Notes: generated by a model from the letters alone, not told the origin. A DNA stretch of 64,000 bases from Candidatus Obscuribacterales bacterium (GCA_965228855.1 CBDDIJ010000003.1:2944001-3008000), one strand, 5' to 3'. Shown: positions 19,667 through 29,953, counted from the stretch's first letter. A program made the numbers and translations.

Positions 19667-19843
19667 TTAGCCGTTGGTCATCGCAGGACCATGTTTCATC
19701 AACGGATGCGAGGTTTCATTTTTGATCTCATTGCTCTGTGTCATGCATAAGACGCCAAACCCTGCGCCGAACACGATTGAGAAGATCAAAATAAATGCTA
19801 GTAAACTGGATTTTCTTTCATTGTCGACGTAACTGTATTGCAT
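19667..19843 (-). CDS. Small single-pass membrane protein
   Basis: ATG at 19843 with GGAGG RBS; TM segment LLAFILIFSIVFGAGFGVLCM. Confidence 0.55.
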   Translation of the reverse strand: MQYSYVDNERKSSLLAFILIFSIVFGAGFGVLCMTQSNEIKNETSHPLMKHGPAMTNG

Positions 19844-20126
19844 TTTCTGCCTCCGGATTTCTCGTCTCATGCCAAGTTGGTACTTCAAACCTTCGAATGT
19901 GTCTAATAATTTTGCGATATCGAAACCTTTTCCAAGCGTGCATCGCAAGCCGCTCACAATCGGGAAACCCGACCGCAACTAAAGCTTTTGACGCATCTTA
20001 CAAATCAGAGTTCCTAAATACTTAGAGAAAACTTTCTTGGATGTCACACAAACCCGGCAAAACGCGGGTGGAGTTGGTGTACATTGATTTGATAGTCGAA
20101 AAAGGTATCTCGATGTTATTTTATAG

Positions 20127-20142
20127 TCACTCTTTTGAGTGA
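20127..20142. promoter_or_regulatory. Palindromic candidate operator
   Basis: TCACTC-tttt-GAGTGA about 85 bp upstream of the XRE gene. Confidence 0.35.
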
Positions 20143-20226
20143 TATCTGGGTTTAACCCGAATGGGGGTTATGTATTACTTTCACCGATGATTAGATCGAG
20201 ATAGAGGTTTTGTTGGGGATAGATGC

Positions 20227-20520
20227 GTGGAAAATTCGGAATATGAGACACTCGTACTAGCTCTGTGCGAGGTCATCAGAGACTGTCGAAAAAAAAGAAA
20301 TCTCTCTCAGAGCGAACTCTCCAGACGAAGCGGGTTGCATCGCTCCTATATTGGAGATCTTGAGCGCGGCGCGAGAAACTTATCAGTAAAAAATATGTTT
20401 CGACTCGCAGCCGCTCTGGATGTTTCGGCGACGGAACTCGTCAAAATGGCAGAACAAAGAATGGACAACAATGAGCTAACGCTCGACCTTACGAGAGTCA
20501 AGCCTGTCCGTTCTGCTTAA
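20227..20520 (+). CDS. XRE-family HTH transcriptional regulator
   Basis: IRDCRKKRNLSQSELSRRSGLHRSYIGDLERGARNLSVKNMFRLAAALDV. Confidence 0.9.
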   Translation: MENSEYETLVLALCEVIRDCRKKRNLSQSELSRRSGLHRSYIGDLERGARNLSVKNMFRLAAALDVSATELVKMAEQRMDNNELTLDLTRVKPVRSA

Positions 20521-20602
20521 GAAGCTCGGCACCACATACAGTGCCTAATTTGCGCGATGAGAAAATTAGCAGCTCCTTGAGAGCATAAGCCTTTTGCAAA
20601 GG

Positions 20603-21238
20603 TCAACGGTCAGCTCCACAGCCACCGGAATCGCAGCTTGCTCGATTTTGGACGGCATCGCTGAGGATGCTGTGTTTGACACCCAGGGCATTGCACGACT
20701 CGTATCCGTTAAGCGCGCACTGACGGCGGCAGAGGACGGTATGGCAGAGGGCTGGATAAAGATTTAGCTTGAGCCACATGTCGAAGTGCTCCTGCGGACT
20801 GGCGAGCCGGTACGTGAAATAGTCGTCTGCATGCGCTACCGAGCCCTCAGTCGAACCATCAGGGCTTGCAACTGATGAACTGCAGCACTGGGGATGAGAA
20901 GCGGATGCTCGCCCGCCGGCGTTTCTATCCGATGTCGCGGAGCAGCTTCGGGCCGATTTAGAGCACGAGTCTTCTTTCGGAGCGACTGAATCTCGTTCAA
21001 GAGAAGCACTTGAGCGATGTTCGCAACTGACCGGTCGGTCTATTCGAGTTGCAGATCGTTCAAAACCCGAAGCTGTTTTCAAACGAAGAGAAGCAGCTAA
21101 ATTTGCGGCTCTTGCGTGATTCGCTTTGACATGCGAAAACGATTCTTCAGATGCAGCAGCTCGGTTTAAACCAACACAAGAAAACACGAGTATAAGCAAA
21201 GAGGACGAGACTGCGCGAAAGTAAGTAGCGCTGCACAC
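20603..21238 (-). CDS. Cys-rich hypothetical exported protein
   Basis: GTG start with AGGAG RBS overlapping the upstream gene's stop; hydrophobic N-terminus; many Cys residues. Confidence 0.55.
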   Translation of the reverse strand: MCSATYFRAVSSSLLILVFSCVGLNRAAASEESFSHVKANHARAANLAASLRLKTASGFERSATRIDRPVSCEHRSSASLERDSVAPKEDSCSKSARSCSATSDRNAGGRASASHPQCCSSSVASPDGSTEGSVAHADDYFTYRLASPQEHFDMWLKLNLYPALCHTVLCRRQCALNGYESCNALGVKHSILSDAVQNRASCDSGGCGADR

Positions 21239-21247
21239 ACTAAACTC

Positions 21248-22357
21248 CTAGAATCTCAGGAAGTGGCACGCGGGGCAATGCAAGCCGGTTCCGCTAAGAG
21301 CTGCGCGCACTCCGACACGAAGAGCCGCATTCAGGGTCGCGCCGGCGACGCGTCTGCCACCCCCGCCGGAACGCTGGCTAACAGAAAGTGTCGGCGGCGG
21401 ACTCGAGTTCAAGACATTGTAGGTCCCAACATTCGTACCACCAACGCCTGCGAGCGCAGCGTTTTGCGTAGAGCTCAATTGAAATGGTCCATTGCTGGTT
21501 GCAGGTAACACAGGCGGCGGATCGCTAAATTGTGAAATCTGAGGAGTTTCCGGCGCATTGACTCCGAGCAGAGGAGGCTCCGAAAATTCAGCGGTCGGAT
21601 TGGGATTGCTGAACATCGTCGGAGGATGACGGAAGTTGCTGCTCCAACGACCGATGTCAGTGCGCCCGCTGGCAGCGCCTCCATCATAACCGTTCCCAAT
21701 ACTTTCCGAGTTGATTTGAGCATTGACACTGCCCTGACCCGATGCCAGGCGACTCTCCATTGAATCGACCGCTTCCTTCAGCGATTTGTCTTGCGGCATG
21801 AGCGCGAGTCCGGCACGATATTGAGTAAGTGCATCGACCAGGTCTCCCCGCCCCTCCGCGAGTGCGCCCAAGTTGAAAAACGCATCAGGGTTTCGCGGAT
21901 CCATCGCTACCGCTTGCTTGAAAAGACGCTCGGCATCAGCATATTCCCCGATTCTGTGCAAGCGCGCCCCCTCTTTCAGGAAGCGCTTCGAACGCATCTT
22001 ATTGGTTTCTACAGGCGGTGCAGTACGAGGTTTATTGCCTTCATCCAAACTAGCCTTCATAGGACTCATCAGGGAAGCCGCAGCGCGTTTCTTTTCGGCG
22101 GTTGTGACCGCATGACCGGAAGCGACTTTGGAATGCCCGGTCTTCGAGGAAACCTTGCCGCTAGACGTCGAGGCCGACGTTTTAGCCGCTCCGGCTGCTT
22201 TCACAGGTTTACCAGAAGAAGTGCCGGAATGAGAATCAGCAGCTTCGCTCTCACTGGAGTTAAAACCAACAGCAGCGCAGGTAACCACTACCGCGAGTCG
22301 AAGACATATTCGAGCCCCCTGGAGCTCTCCGACAAAAGCCTGCCGCAATCTCTTCAT
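21248..22357 (-). CDS. TPR protein with C-terminal CxxCH motif
   Basis: TPR helices (GEYADAERLFKQAVAMDPRNPDAFFNLGAL...ALTQYRAGLALMP), signal-like N-terminus, ends in LHCPACHFLRF. Confidence 0.8.
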   Translation of the reverse strand: MKRLRQAFVGELQGARICLRLAVVVTCAAVGFNSSESEAADSHSGTSSGKPVKAAGAAKTSASTSSGKVSSKTGHSKVASGHAVTTAEKKRAAASLMSPMKASLDEGNKPRTAPPVETNKMRSKRFLKEGARLHRIGEYADAERLFKQAVAMDPRNPDAFFNLGALAEGRGDLVDALTQYRAGLALMPQDKSLKEAVDSMESRLASGQGSVNAQINSESIGNGYDGGAASGRTDIGRWSSNFRHPPTMFSNPNPTAEFSEPPLLGVNAPETPQISQFSDPPPVLPATSNGPFQLSSTQNAALAGVGGTNVGTYNVLNSSPPPTLSVSQRSGGGGRRVAGATLNAALRVGVRAALSGTGLHCPACHFLRF

Positions 22358-22601
22358 CTGAAGCCTCCTGGTCGAAAAAATGACCAGACAATTCCACCCG
22401 GATACCTTACGGAGAACTCCTGAAAATTAGGAGTGATTTAGAATATATATTCCACAGCGTCTGTCACTCGTAGCAGACGATCGGAATGTCAGCCCTGATG
22501 AAAGACCTCCTGAGCCTGCTGAAGGAAATCAAGCTTTGGAATTCTACTGAAAGAAACACGACGATTTCTGGACAGGTTTGTTTCCGCGCTGCGGTTTAAA
22601 C

Positions 22602-24299
22602 CTAACGTCGGCTTCCCGAGAGTTCATTCGCTTGCGGTGAACGCACACTATAAGGCGGCTCAGTGAGGGCACGGTTGATACTACTCAAGCCATCATACAG
22701 TTGGGACACGAACGCACGCGCGTCGAATGTCTCTGGCTTCAGACTCGGGTGAACTTGATACCAGTCAGGGTAGTCGTGAACCTCGCTGATGTAGGCGCCA
22801 GCCCAGCGATCGGCCAGCCCAAGGACTATCGCGTAAGACAAATATTGGTCGAAAGCATTTGGATTTTCGCACGCAAACTTTTGCAGATCATTCTGATCGC
22901 CGGAGCGCAAAGCGCGTTGAAAGCGTTTCAACTGGCTGCAAGCGGACACGCCTTTGGATGTCCGCCGCGGCATCGCACCGGAAGCCAGAAGAATGACCAG
23001 ACCTGACAGGATCATGCCGATTGATGTAGCTTGCCCACCGGCATGGTACATCGAGATAACTAAGAAGCACACACCAACAGTGACGATCGATGCGCCGCCA
23101 GATATGAAGTTCTTTCGATCGATTTCAGGATCACGAGCGAACAGTCCCTCTGTCACAAGGTTCGAATAAATTTGTCGCTTGAGCATTGGTATATATTCAG
23201 CAAAGTTTCCTTTGACCGCAGACAGATATGTGGTGGTTGATAGTCCGCCGAACAAACCGGTTAAAAACAGCTGCTCATGAGGTTTCAGCTCCCTATCCTG
23301 TATCGATTTGATCAGAGTGAATTCGTAATCCTTGGTGTCCAGATACAGAAATCCGTTGTAGGGGACAACTCGAATCTTTATAAATCCTCGAGCGGCTAAA
23401 TCAATAACCGTTGACACTATGTCTGTGAGATCGCAACTCTCATCGATCAACGTACCGGCTTCCGCTGGAGTTATGAAATTTGGTGGCAAGGTGTTTGGGC
23501 TCTCATCCTTCTTCTCGCCCGGATCGCGACCGTACAACCACCACCATGCGCTCAATAAGATCACGGTCGCTACCGGCAGAACAAATACCTGATAAAACTT
23601 CTGAAGATACGCCACGGTATCGAATAACACCGAATGTGGTATCACACTTCCTTTCGGCAAATCAACAGCGACGGTTAATCCTTGAGATGGATTTAGTTTT
23701 TGTGCATTAAACTGAATGGACTCACCGCTTTCAGAAGCAGTGACGGCTTGAGCCTTTCCGTTGGCATCTACCACCGCTGATGACCTCACGCGACTCATGT
23801 CTGTGCCTTTAGGCGGCTTGACGGTCACGGAAACATTTTCGATTGGAAATGGGCTCTGTTCTCCGGTTACATTGATCAGAAGCTGCGGAGATCCATTGAC
23901 GAAATGAACGCCTCGGAAGATCTCATACTCAATTCGAAACTTATGTTCGCCTTGCAACGGTTTAACTGGATCACCGACGCGCAAGAAAAGATCGCGACCA
24001 GATATCCAGCTCTGAAACGGAATTGGAACGTTCTCATCCATCACAACGTTTTTTACGTTGACGTCTACGACGTGGAAGTCTCCTGATGGTTCATACCAGA
24101 TTGGCAGAACTCGATAAAATTGGTTTCTCTGTCCCTTGGGAGGGAAATCGATCTGCAGGTCTTCAATGACAGAAACGTTTCCGGAAGCCGATACGTTTAA
24201 CTGAGAGTCGAGATTCTTGATCGATTGCGCTTGCGCATTGCCTGCTACCGTGAGCAGCGAGACAGTGATTAGAGAACAAATGAATATAAACCTTCTCAA
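22602..24299 (-). CDS. DUF2207-family membrane protein
   Basis: Signal peptide, beta-rich extracellular domain, WWLYGRDP, ITPAEAGTLIDE, IDLAARGFIKI, further TM helices and YLSYAIVLGLADRW. Confidence 0.85.
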   Translation of the reverse strand: MRRFIFICSLITVSLLTVAGNAQAQSIKNLDSQLNVSASGNVSVIEDLQIDFPPKGQRNQFYRVLPIWYEPSGDFHVVDVNVKNVVMDENVPIPFQSWISGRDLFLRVGDPVKPLQGEHKFRIEYEIFRGVHFVNGSPQLLINVTGEQSPFPIENVSVTVKPPKGTDMSRVRSSAVVDANGKAQAVTASESGESIQFNAQKLNPSQGLTVAVDLPKGSVIPHSVLFDTVAYLQKFYQVFVLPVATVILLSAWWWLYGRDPGEKKDESPNTLPPNFITPAEAGTLIDESCDLTDIVSTVIDLAARGFIKIRVVPYNGFLYLDTKDYEFTLIKSIQDRELKPHEQLFLTGLFGGLSTTTYLSAVKGNFAEYIPMLKRQIYSNLVTEGLFARDPEIDRKNFISGGASIVTVGVCFLVISMYHAGGQATSIGMILSGLVILLASGAMPRRTSKGVSACSQLKRFQRALRSGDQNDLQKFACENPNAFDQYLSYAIVLGLADRWAGAYISEVHDYPDWYQVHPSLKPETFDARAFVSQLYDGLSSINRALTEPPYSVRSPQANELSGSRR

Positions 24300-24409
24300 A
24301 CAGCTTGTCCTCTTGGAAAGAGATCTCGCCCAGACGCGGTCATTATAGAGTATCCTGTAGGGACTGCACTAAGTAGTCGAGCCGTATATTCTGGTTTTCG
24401 CCGTATCTC

Positions 24410-26020
24410 ATGTTGAAGTCGAAAATCTCACTAGTTTTATCAAGCGCAATCGTACTTGCGTCCGCAAATTCTGCGGCTTCGCAGGACCAGGCGCTGACGA
24501 TCGCATCGCCATTCAAGAAAGACGAACAACCTGCCGGCCAACCAGATAAAGGCCATCTTGAGGATACGAATCAAACCGGAGATGTCGACTCACGAAAGAC
24601 TGAGCCCAAGAAGCAGTCCGCTCCACCGCAGGAAGGCCGCGTCGAGGCTGAGGTTGTTCTTAACTCTTCAGCCTGGGATAAGTATTACCGCAGCGGCATA
24701 AGCGCTCTTGCGGACCGCCGCTTCGACCATGCGGAGCAAATGCTTCTCAAGTCGCTCAAAGAATCAAAAGTCGCGGGTGTTCCTCAAGCAAATTTGACCT
24801 TGAGCAGACTCTCGCTTGCAGAATTATATTTGAAACAATCGAGATATTCAGAAGCACACACACTTTATGAGTCAACGCTCCAGCGGGCACAAGCGGCTTT
24901 TGGAAATAGTTCAATGGAAGTGGCCGAGTGTTACTACGGTCTTGCATATACGGAGATCAAATTCGATAAAGAGAAGCAGGCGAAGGAACATGCAGATATC
25001 GCCATCCAAATTCTCAAAGACCTCGGCAAGACAGATTCGGAATTGTACGGGCTAACCCTGCATACCATGGGTCTAATCATGGCTAAGCACGGCTGGACCG
25101 ATGACGCAAAGCCACTTTTCACTCTTGCGAGAAAAACCCTCGAGCGTCACCCTGGAAATAAGAAGTTAGATCTTGCGGAAGCACTTCGCGAGCAGTCTCT
25201 CTTCTATCACAGCCTCGGAGATCGGCATACCGCCCACGATTTGTATGAAACATCGTACAAGATCAGAGAGTCGAACGTAGTGGCTAGTCAGCCGGCGTCC
25301 ATCGTAGGTGAAGTTCGTTTTGCCTGGGAGCCAGGTTCGTCACGTGCTCAGGAGATCATCGACAACGATTTCCCTTTCCGGTACATGTCCGCGCACGGCA
25401 TCCGTGTTGCCTGCACCGTCGTTGATCTCTGGGAGTTGCTTGCCATTCTCGTTACGGTTACAAACGTCGGAGAAAAGCAAGAAGAGTTCGAACTTGGAAA
25501 AATCATTCTTGAACGAAAAAGCGCTGACATCTCCAATCGCTCTCGAGAGGTCCCAGTCGTCGATCACCAGCGCATCGACAGAATCGGAAAAGAGCGCAAT
25601 ATGTGGGACTTAACTCATACCCGCCCGTGGCTCGCCAACATTCAAAAGACGAGAACAGTGAGAGGCTTAGTTCCACCAAACGGTCATGATCTGTTCATGG
25701 GACCGAACGTGTTTGGTGTGTACGGCGAATGGAAGGCGATATCGCATATAGTACCAGAGCGTGTAGGTGTGATGCCATCAAGAGAACATCTCGTCGCCGT
25801 GCAATCAACCGCCGTAGATCTGCCGGGTCTGGTAAGACCAAGCAAAGCAAAAATGAGCGGTCTCATTCCGGTTTGGTTGGAGCCGTATGAATCACGCACG
25901 GGTGAGCAGTTTTATTTAAACCCTCGAGACGCTGATATCATCATCAAGGTGCCGGTCGGAAACGCTATCTTCGAGTTTCCATTTCACACGCGCAAAATCA
26001 AGATTCCACGTTCGATCTAA
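24410..26020 (+). CDS. Exported TPR protein with unknown C-terminal domain
   Basis: Signal peptide followed by kinesin-light-chain-like TPRs (LSLAELYLKQSRYSEAHTLYE). Confidence 0.8.
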   Translation: MLKSKISLVLSSAIVLASANSAASQDQALTIASPFKKDEQPAGQPDKGHLEDTNQTGDVDSRKTEPKKQSAPPQEGRVEAEVVLNSSAWDKYYRSGISALADRRFDHAEQMLLKSLKESKVAGVPQANLTLSRLSLAELYLKQSRYSEAHTLYESTLQRAQAAFGNSSMEVAECYYGLAYTEIKFDKEKQAKEHADIAIQILKDLGKTDSELYGLTLHTMGLIMAKHGWTDDAKPLFTLARKTLERHPGNKKLDLAEALREQSLFYHSLGDRHTAHDLYETSYKIRESNVVASQPASIVGEVRFAWEPGSSRAQEIIDNDFPFRYMSAHGIRVACTVVDLWELLAILVTVTNVGEKQEEFELGKIILERKSADISNRSREVPVVDHQRIDRIGKERNMWDLTHTRPWLANIQKTRTVRGLVPPNGHDLFMGPNVFGVYGEWKAISHIVPERVGVMPSREHLVAVQSTAVDLPGLVRPSKAKMSGLIPVWLEPYESRTGEQFYLNPRDADIIIKVPVGNAIFEFPFHTRKIKIPRSI

Positions 26021-26286
26021 CGATTGAGACACGAGAGCGCTGCGCAAAGCATCAGTTTCTGCAGTGCAAAAACACGTCAAAACATCAATATCAAAACCTC
26101 TGAAGAAGCGCATGGTTTGTCAAACATGCGCCCATTGTGCTTCAACGAATTTATTTAAACTTTTGTCGAAACACGACTCGAAGTGTATAGACTCAGACAC
26201 GCAAATTGACGTAGTAAGGGGCTGGGGAGCTACCTGACCGTTAAATAAATATGGTCTCTTTTTGGATTCCTAAGGAGGATCACCCC

Positions 26287-27162
26287 ATGTCTCAATCGTC
26301 AAACTTCGAAGCTTCTTCAGATGGACTCATAATGGGCGGCTTAGCTGCCGGCTCTCATGATGCTAGAAAAACACTTTCAGAGGAGTTTTCAGCAACTTTT
26401 GCCGACGCGTTAAAAAAACTGACCGCACCTAATCCCGATGCGCAGCCGGATAATACACCGAACAGACAACATTCGCAGCTGCAGTCGGAGGGCAGTTCTT
26501 CTGAAGTTCAGCGAGCAGAGAACACAGCGCCATCACTGATTGATGCGGCCAAACGAGCCGCACAGAATGCAATTGAAAGCGGCAGCGCAAAAAAGAACGG
26601 TTCAACAGATATAGAAAACGGAATGCTGAGTAAACTCTCAGACCGGCTAGACAATTCAATCTTAGAGAAGAAGATCTTCAACCCGTCATACGAAGTCACG
26701 GATAGAGATAGACAGCTAGCAAAGGAAAAACTTTCTAGAGGTTTGAGTGACTTGATCCCGGAAGCCGATCGCAAGCTTCTCAAGCAAATGCAGCACGCTG
26801 TTATAGATGGCGATGTTGAAGCGATGAAGAAGGGGTTAAACCAACTTGCTGACGATCCAGCAAGGATGGAGCGGTTCATCAAGGCGTTAAATTCACAGCT
26901 TAACGGAATTGAACTTTCGAAAGACGGAAAGGGAAACGTTCTCATGTACGCAAAACGTGGAAACACCGCGCTGTCAATCAACCCGGATAGCGGTGAAACA
27001 AGCGTTCGCGCAGTGGAACGGCAAGCCGATGGAAGTGTACTCTTAAAACCAGGCGAAATAATAAATCGCACCGCATCCGGTATCATGCAATCGCTGGGTG
27101 ATAACGTCACGCGCAACTTGACTGGATGGTACAATCGGCTCGACTCTAAACATGAGAAATAA
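26287..27162 (+). CDS. Hypothetical protein
   Basis: AAGGAGG RBS before ATG 26287; low-complexity N-terminal half. Confidence 0.7.
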   Translation: MSQSSNFEASSDGLIMGGLAAGSHDARKTLSEEFSATFADALKKLTAPNPDAQPDNTPNRQHSQLQSEGSSSEVQRAENTAPSLIDAAKRAAQNAIESGSAKKNGSTDIENGMLSKLSDRLDNSILEKKIFNPSYEVTDRDRQLAKEKLSRGLSDLIPEADRKLLKQMQHAVIDGDVEAMKKGLNQLADDPARMERFIKALNSQLNGIELSKDGKGNVLMYAKRGNTALSINPDSGETSVRAVERQADGSVLLKPGEIINRTASGIMQSLGDNVTRNLTGWYNRLDSKHEK

Positions 27163-27262
27163 ACTGGCCGTGAATTGAAGCTTGTTCATCAAGCAACTCA
27201 AGAAGAAAATCTAGATGGAAGCGGCATCGCCGATGGAATCGTGAAGGAGAAGATGAACGAAT

Positions 27263-28108
27263 TCACGCTTCCATCGCGGCTTCTCTAGTCGTATCGTATT
27301 CACGAATGCAATGTTCGAAACCGTCTCGATACGAAGGGAATCGAAGGGAAATACCAAGGTCGCTCAACACCTTTCGAGGGTTGATTTGTCTATTTCCTTG
27401 CTGCGTGATATGTGCTTGTTCAATCGGAATCGAAGGTGGCAATTCCAGGCGAAGTCGATCACAAAGCCACTGCACGACTTCGATTTGAGGACAAGGCGTT
27501 TCATCACCAACCACGTAGGTGGCTCCGCATGGCGCAAGGAGCAACGCTTTTAAAACGATCGCCGCAAGATCATCGAGATGTATGCGCGATGAATATCTCG
27601 TGCCGTCACCGGGGAGCCTGAATTTCCCGGCAAGCAGACTCCTGTGCATACCGTAGTTCGTATCGTACAAAGCGGGAGCACGCAAAACGATTGCACCGCA
27701 CTCCTGCCAGCTGCGTTCCGCACGAAGTCGCGCGGTTGTAGCAGGATTTCCGGAATCAACCGGCGAAGCTTCATCTATGATACCGGATAAGCCACCATAC
27801 ACACCCGTACTCGAGATGTATACGATTTTCGCCGCAGTCGAAACTGTCTCAGAAAGTACGCTATCAGAAACTTCGTCCGGTGGAAAACTTGCAACGACGT
27901 GAGAGTCCATTGCAATCTCACGAATTTTCACTAATGACTCAGGGAACATCGCGTCACACAATATCGGCGTTATCTGCCGATCCAGGAGATATGGCATTTT
28001 TTCCGGCTGACGCGTGGTACCATATATGGTTTCATAAGAACCATGAGCAGCTTTATTGACAGCCAGTGCGGCGTTTCCTACGCCCAATAGCAAAAGGGTT
28101 TTGATCAC
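27263..28108 (-). CDS. NAD-dependent epimerase/dehydratase (atypical SDR, YeeZ-like)
   Basis: LLGVGN Rossmann start, YISSTGVYG...IDE, RLRAE, SRIHLDDLA and LRFPSYRDG. The start overlaps the upstream stop (TAGTG). Confidence 0.85.
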   Translation of the reverse strand: MIKTLLLLGVGNAALAVNKAAHGSYETIYGTTRQPEKMPYLLDRQITPILCDAMFPESLVKIREIAMDSHVVASFPPDEVSDSVLSETVSTAAKIVYISSTGVYGGLSGIIDEASPVDSGNPATTARLRAERSWQECGAIVLRAPALYDTNYGMHRSLLAGKFRLPGDGTRYSSRIHLDDLAAIVLKALLLAPCGATYVVGDETPCPQIEVVQWLCDRLRLELPPSIPIEQAHITQQGNRQINPRKVLSDLGISLRFPSYRDGFEHCIREYDTTREAAMEA

Positions 28109-29808
28109 TAGTTTTCCCAGCCCAGCTCCTTGAGAGCCGAGTCCAGATCTATGCGACTGCGCTGGCAGTAATGCAGAGCGATAATCGCCTTACCTTCTTC
28201 CAGCTTGTTTTGCGCCACCAGTTCGTTGCATTTGAATGCACCATCCGCGGTGTGTTGATCGAGTTTGCCGGCCTTCACGAGGATACTGACGATCTGACCG
28301 CCGTGTTTGTCGCGAACTTTGCTGGCGGTTTCATTATCAAAGTCACTAACTAGTTGGGCTTTCCGCAGCAACTCTAGCGCCAACGTCGATTCATTTGTCT
28401 CACCTGAGGTCTCCTGGACCTTGCGCCCAACACCGAAGACCTCCAGGCAAAGTGCATCAAGCGCTTCATCTTTAGTCATTTCGCCGGAGCGGATACTTTC
28501 CTGAAGTTTCAGCGCCTGACGAATCACGGGACCGCGGATTATGGCAGCCTCAACGAGAATCTGACCGAGAGGCGGTGCCAAAGCCTTCATATCACTTGGT
28601 TTAAGAGGCGCCGCGATAAGCTTGGGATCTACCGCTCCACCTCGAATATGCGCTCGGCGGACCGCTTCTGCGGCCTTTGCCGTGCTCAAGCTGCCGGAGC
28701 GCACAAGCTCCTGTAACTGCAAAGCCGCATCTACTGTAGTCTCAGGAACCAGACCAGCCTCCACAAGAAACTGACCGAGACGGAGGTTGGGACGAGGCTG
28801 ATCACTCGGAGCAGGCATTTGCTGCGCGCCGGGCTGCATCATCGGCTGGACTCCCGACTGCAACATCGGCTGAACGCCTGACTGCATCATCGGCTGAACC
28901 CCGGACTCCATCATGCCCTGCTGAGGATACTGCTGATTTTGTTGGGGATAGCCCTGAGGATAGCCGTACTGCGGATACCCGGGATAACCTTGCGGATAGT
29001 AGCCCTGAGGATATCCCTGCGGATAGCCCTGCACGTAACCGTATTGCGGCGGGTACTGGTATCCCGGCGGATAGGGCAAACCTGGCGGCATTCCGGGCGG
29101 CGGAGCAGCAGCGGCGGTCGGCTGTACGTTGCCAGCTTCTGGCTGCGGCTGCTCATCAGCCTTCTCGCTCTTCTCCCTCTTCTGTTCCTTCTTCGCCTTT
29201 GTCTCAGGCGTGTCGGAAAGCAAGGCAAACTCATTGGCAGAAGCGAGTCCAGACTGGTAAAAGGATAGCCCCTTCGATGGCATTTCAACGGCTTCATTAC
29301 CGGTCAGAAGCCCATTGTCGTTGTATCCCGGGCGTTCCATCGATGGTTGAACCTGCGGAGCACGCTCGTCACGAGCGTCGCGGTTGAGCGCGCTCGGTCC
29401 CGCGGAACTTACGCCGCTGGTGGACTCGGAAAAACTGCTCGAACCGCTGAACGTTCCGCTGGTAGATGCTGATGAACTGTGCGACTTGCTGGAGAACTCA
29501 GTTTCGACTTCTTCAGGAATCGATAGCATCAACACGTCGTACAAGAGCTCCACGTCCTCGAAAGGCGAACTCCAAACGACACGAGACTTGCCGCCCTCGC
29601 CTTCATACAACGTCCATATCGGGTCGCCGCCTGCGACCTCAAGGCGCGTCGTGAGACTGTAATGCACGCCGGTAAGCTTATTCTTCCACGGCAGTTCCAC
29701 CGTGCAGCCCTTGGCCTTGCTTGCCTCGTCAGCCAGACTTTTGACGTCAGCGACTTTGGGAGCATGCGACAGTGGATTGAGGCGAACGTGTTTTTTGGGT
29801 CGGTACAT
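28108..29808 (-). CDS. MshEN-like motif protein with Pro/Gln/Tyr/Gly-rich linker (paralogue of 59719-61380)
   Basis: RLGQFLVEAGLVPETTVDAALQLQ (28711-28782) and PLGQILVEAAII...ALKLQ. Start placed at MYRPK by analogy with the paralogue's MYKPQ; the ORF is open from 29862. Confidence 0.75.
   Translation of the reverse strand: MYRPKKHVRLNPLSHAPKVADVKSLADEASKAKGCTVELPWKNKLTGVHYSLTTRLEVAGGDPIWTLYEGEGGKSRVVWSSPFEDVELLYDVLMLSIPEEVETEFSSKSHSSSASTSGTFSGSSSFSESTSGVSSAGPSALNRDARDERAPQVQPSMERPGYNDNGLLTGNEAVEMPSKGLSFYQSGLASANEFALLSDTPETKAKKEQKREKSEKADEQPQPEAGNVQPTAAAAPPPGMPPGLPYPPGYQYPPQYGYVQGYPQGYPQGYYPQGYPGYPQYGYPQGYPQQNQQYPQQGMMESGVQPMMQSGVQPMLQSGVQPMMQPGAQQMPAPSDQPRPNLRLGQFLVEAGLVPETTVDAALQLQELVRSGSLSTAKAAEAVRRAHIRGGAVDPKLIAAPLKPSDMKALAPPLGQILVEAAIIRGPVIRQALKLQESIRSGEMTKDEALDALCLEVFGVGRKVQETSGETNESTLALELLRKAQLVSDFDNETASKVRDKHGGQIVSILVKAGKLDQHTADGAFKCNELVAQNKLEEGKAIIALHYCQRSRIDLDSALKELGWEN
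28837..28914 (-). repeat. 24-bp coding tandem repeat (M[ML][QE]SGVQP x3), next to GYPQ repeats
   Basis: catcatcggctggactcccgactg / caacatcggctgaacgcctgactg / catcatcggctgaaccccggactc. Confidence 0.8.
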
Positions 29809-29953
29809 GGAACTGCTCACGTAAGAATCTACGGCATTTATCAGACGCTTTTCAGTACACAACTGGAAGAGGCGCCAACTACTACTTTACCCACGTACAG
29901 GAGCAGTTCTACTCTTGAGATCATAAAAGAGTATCTAAATCTAAAATGCGCCT

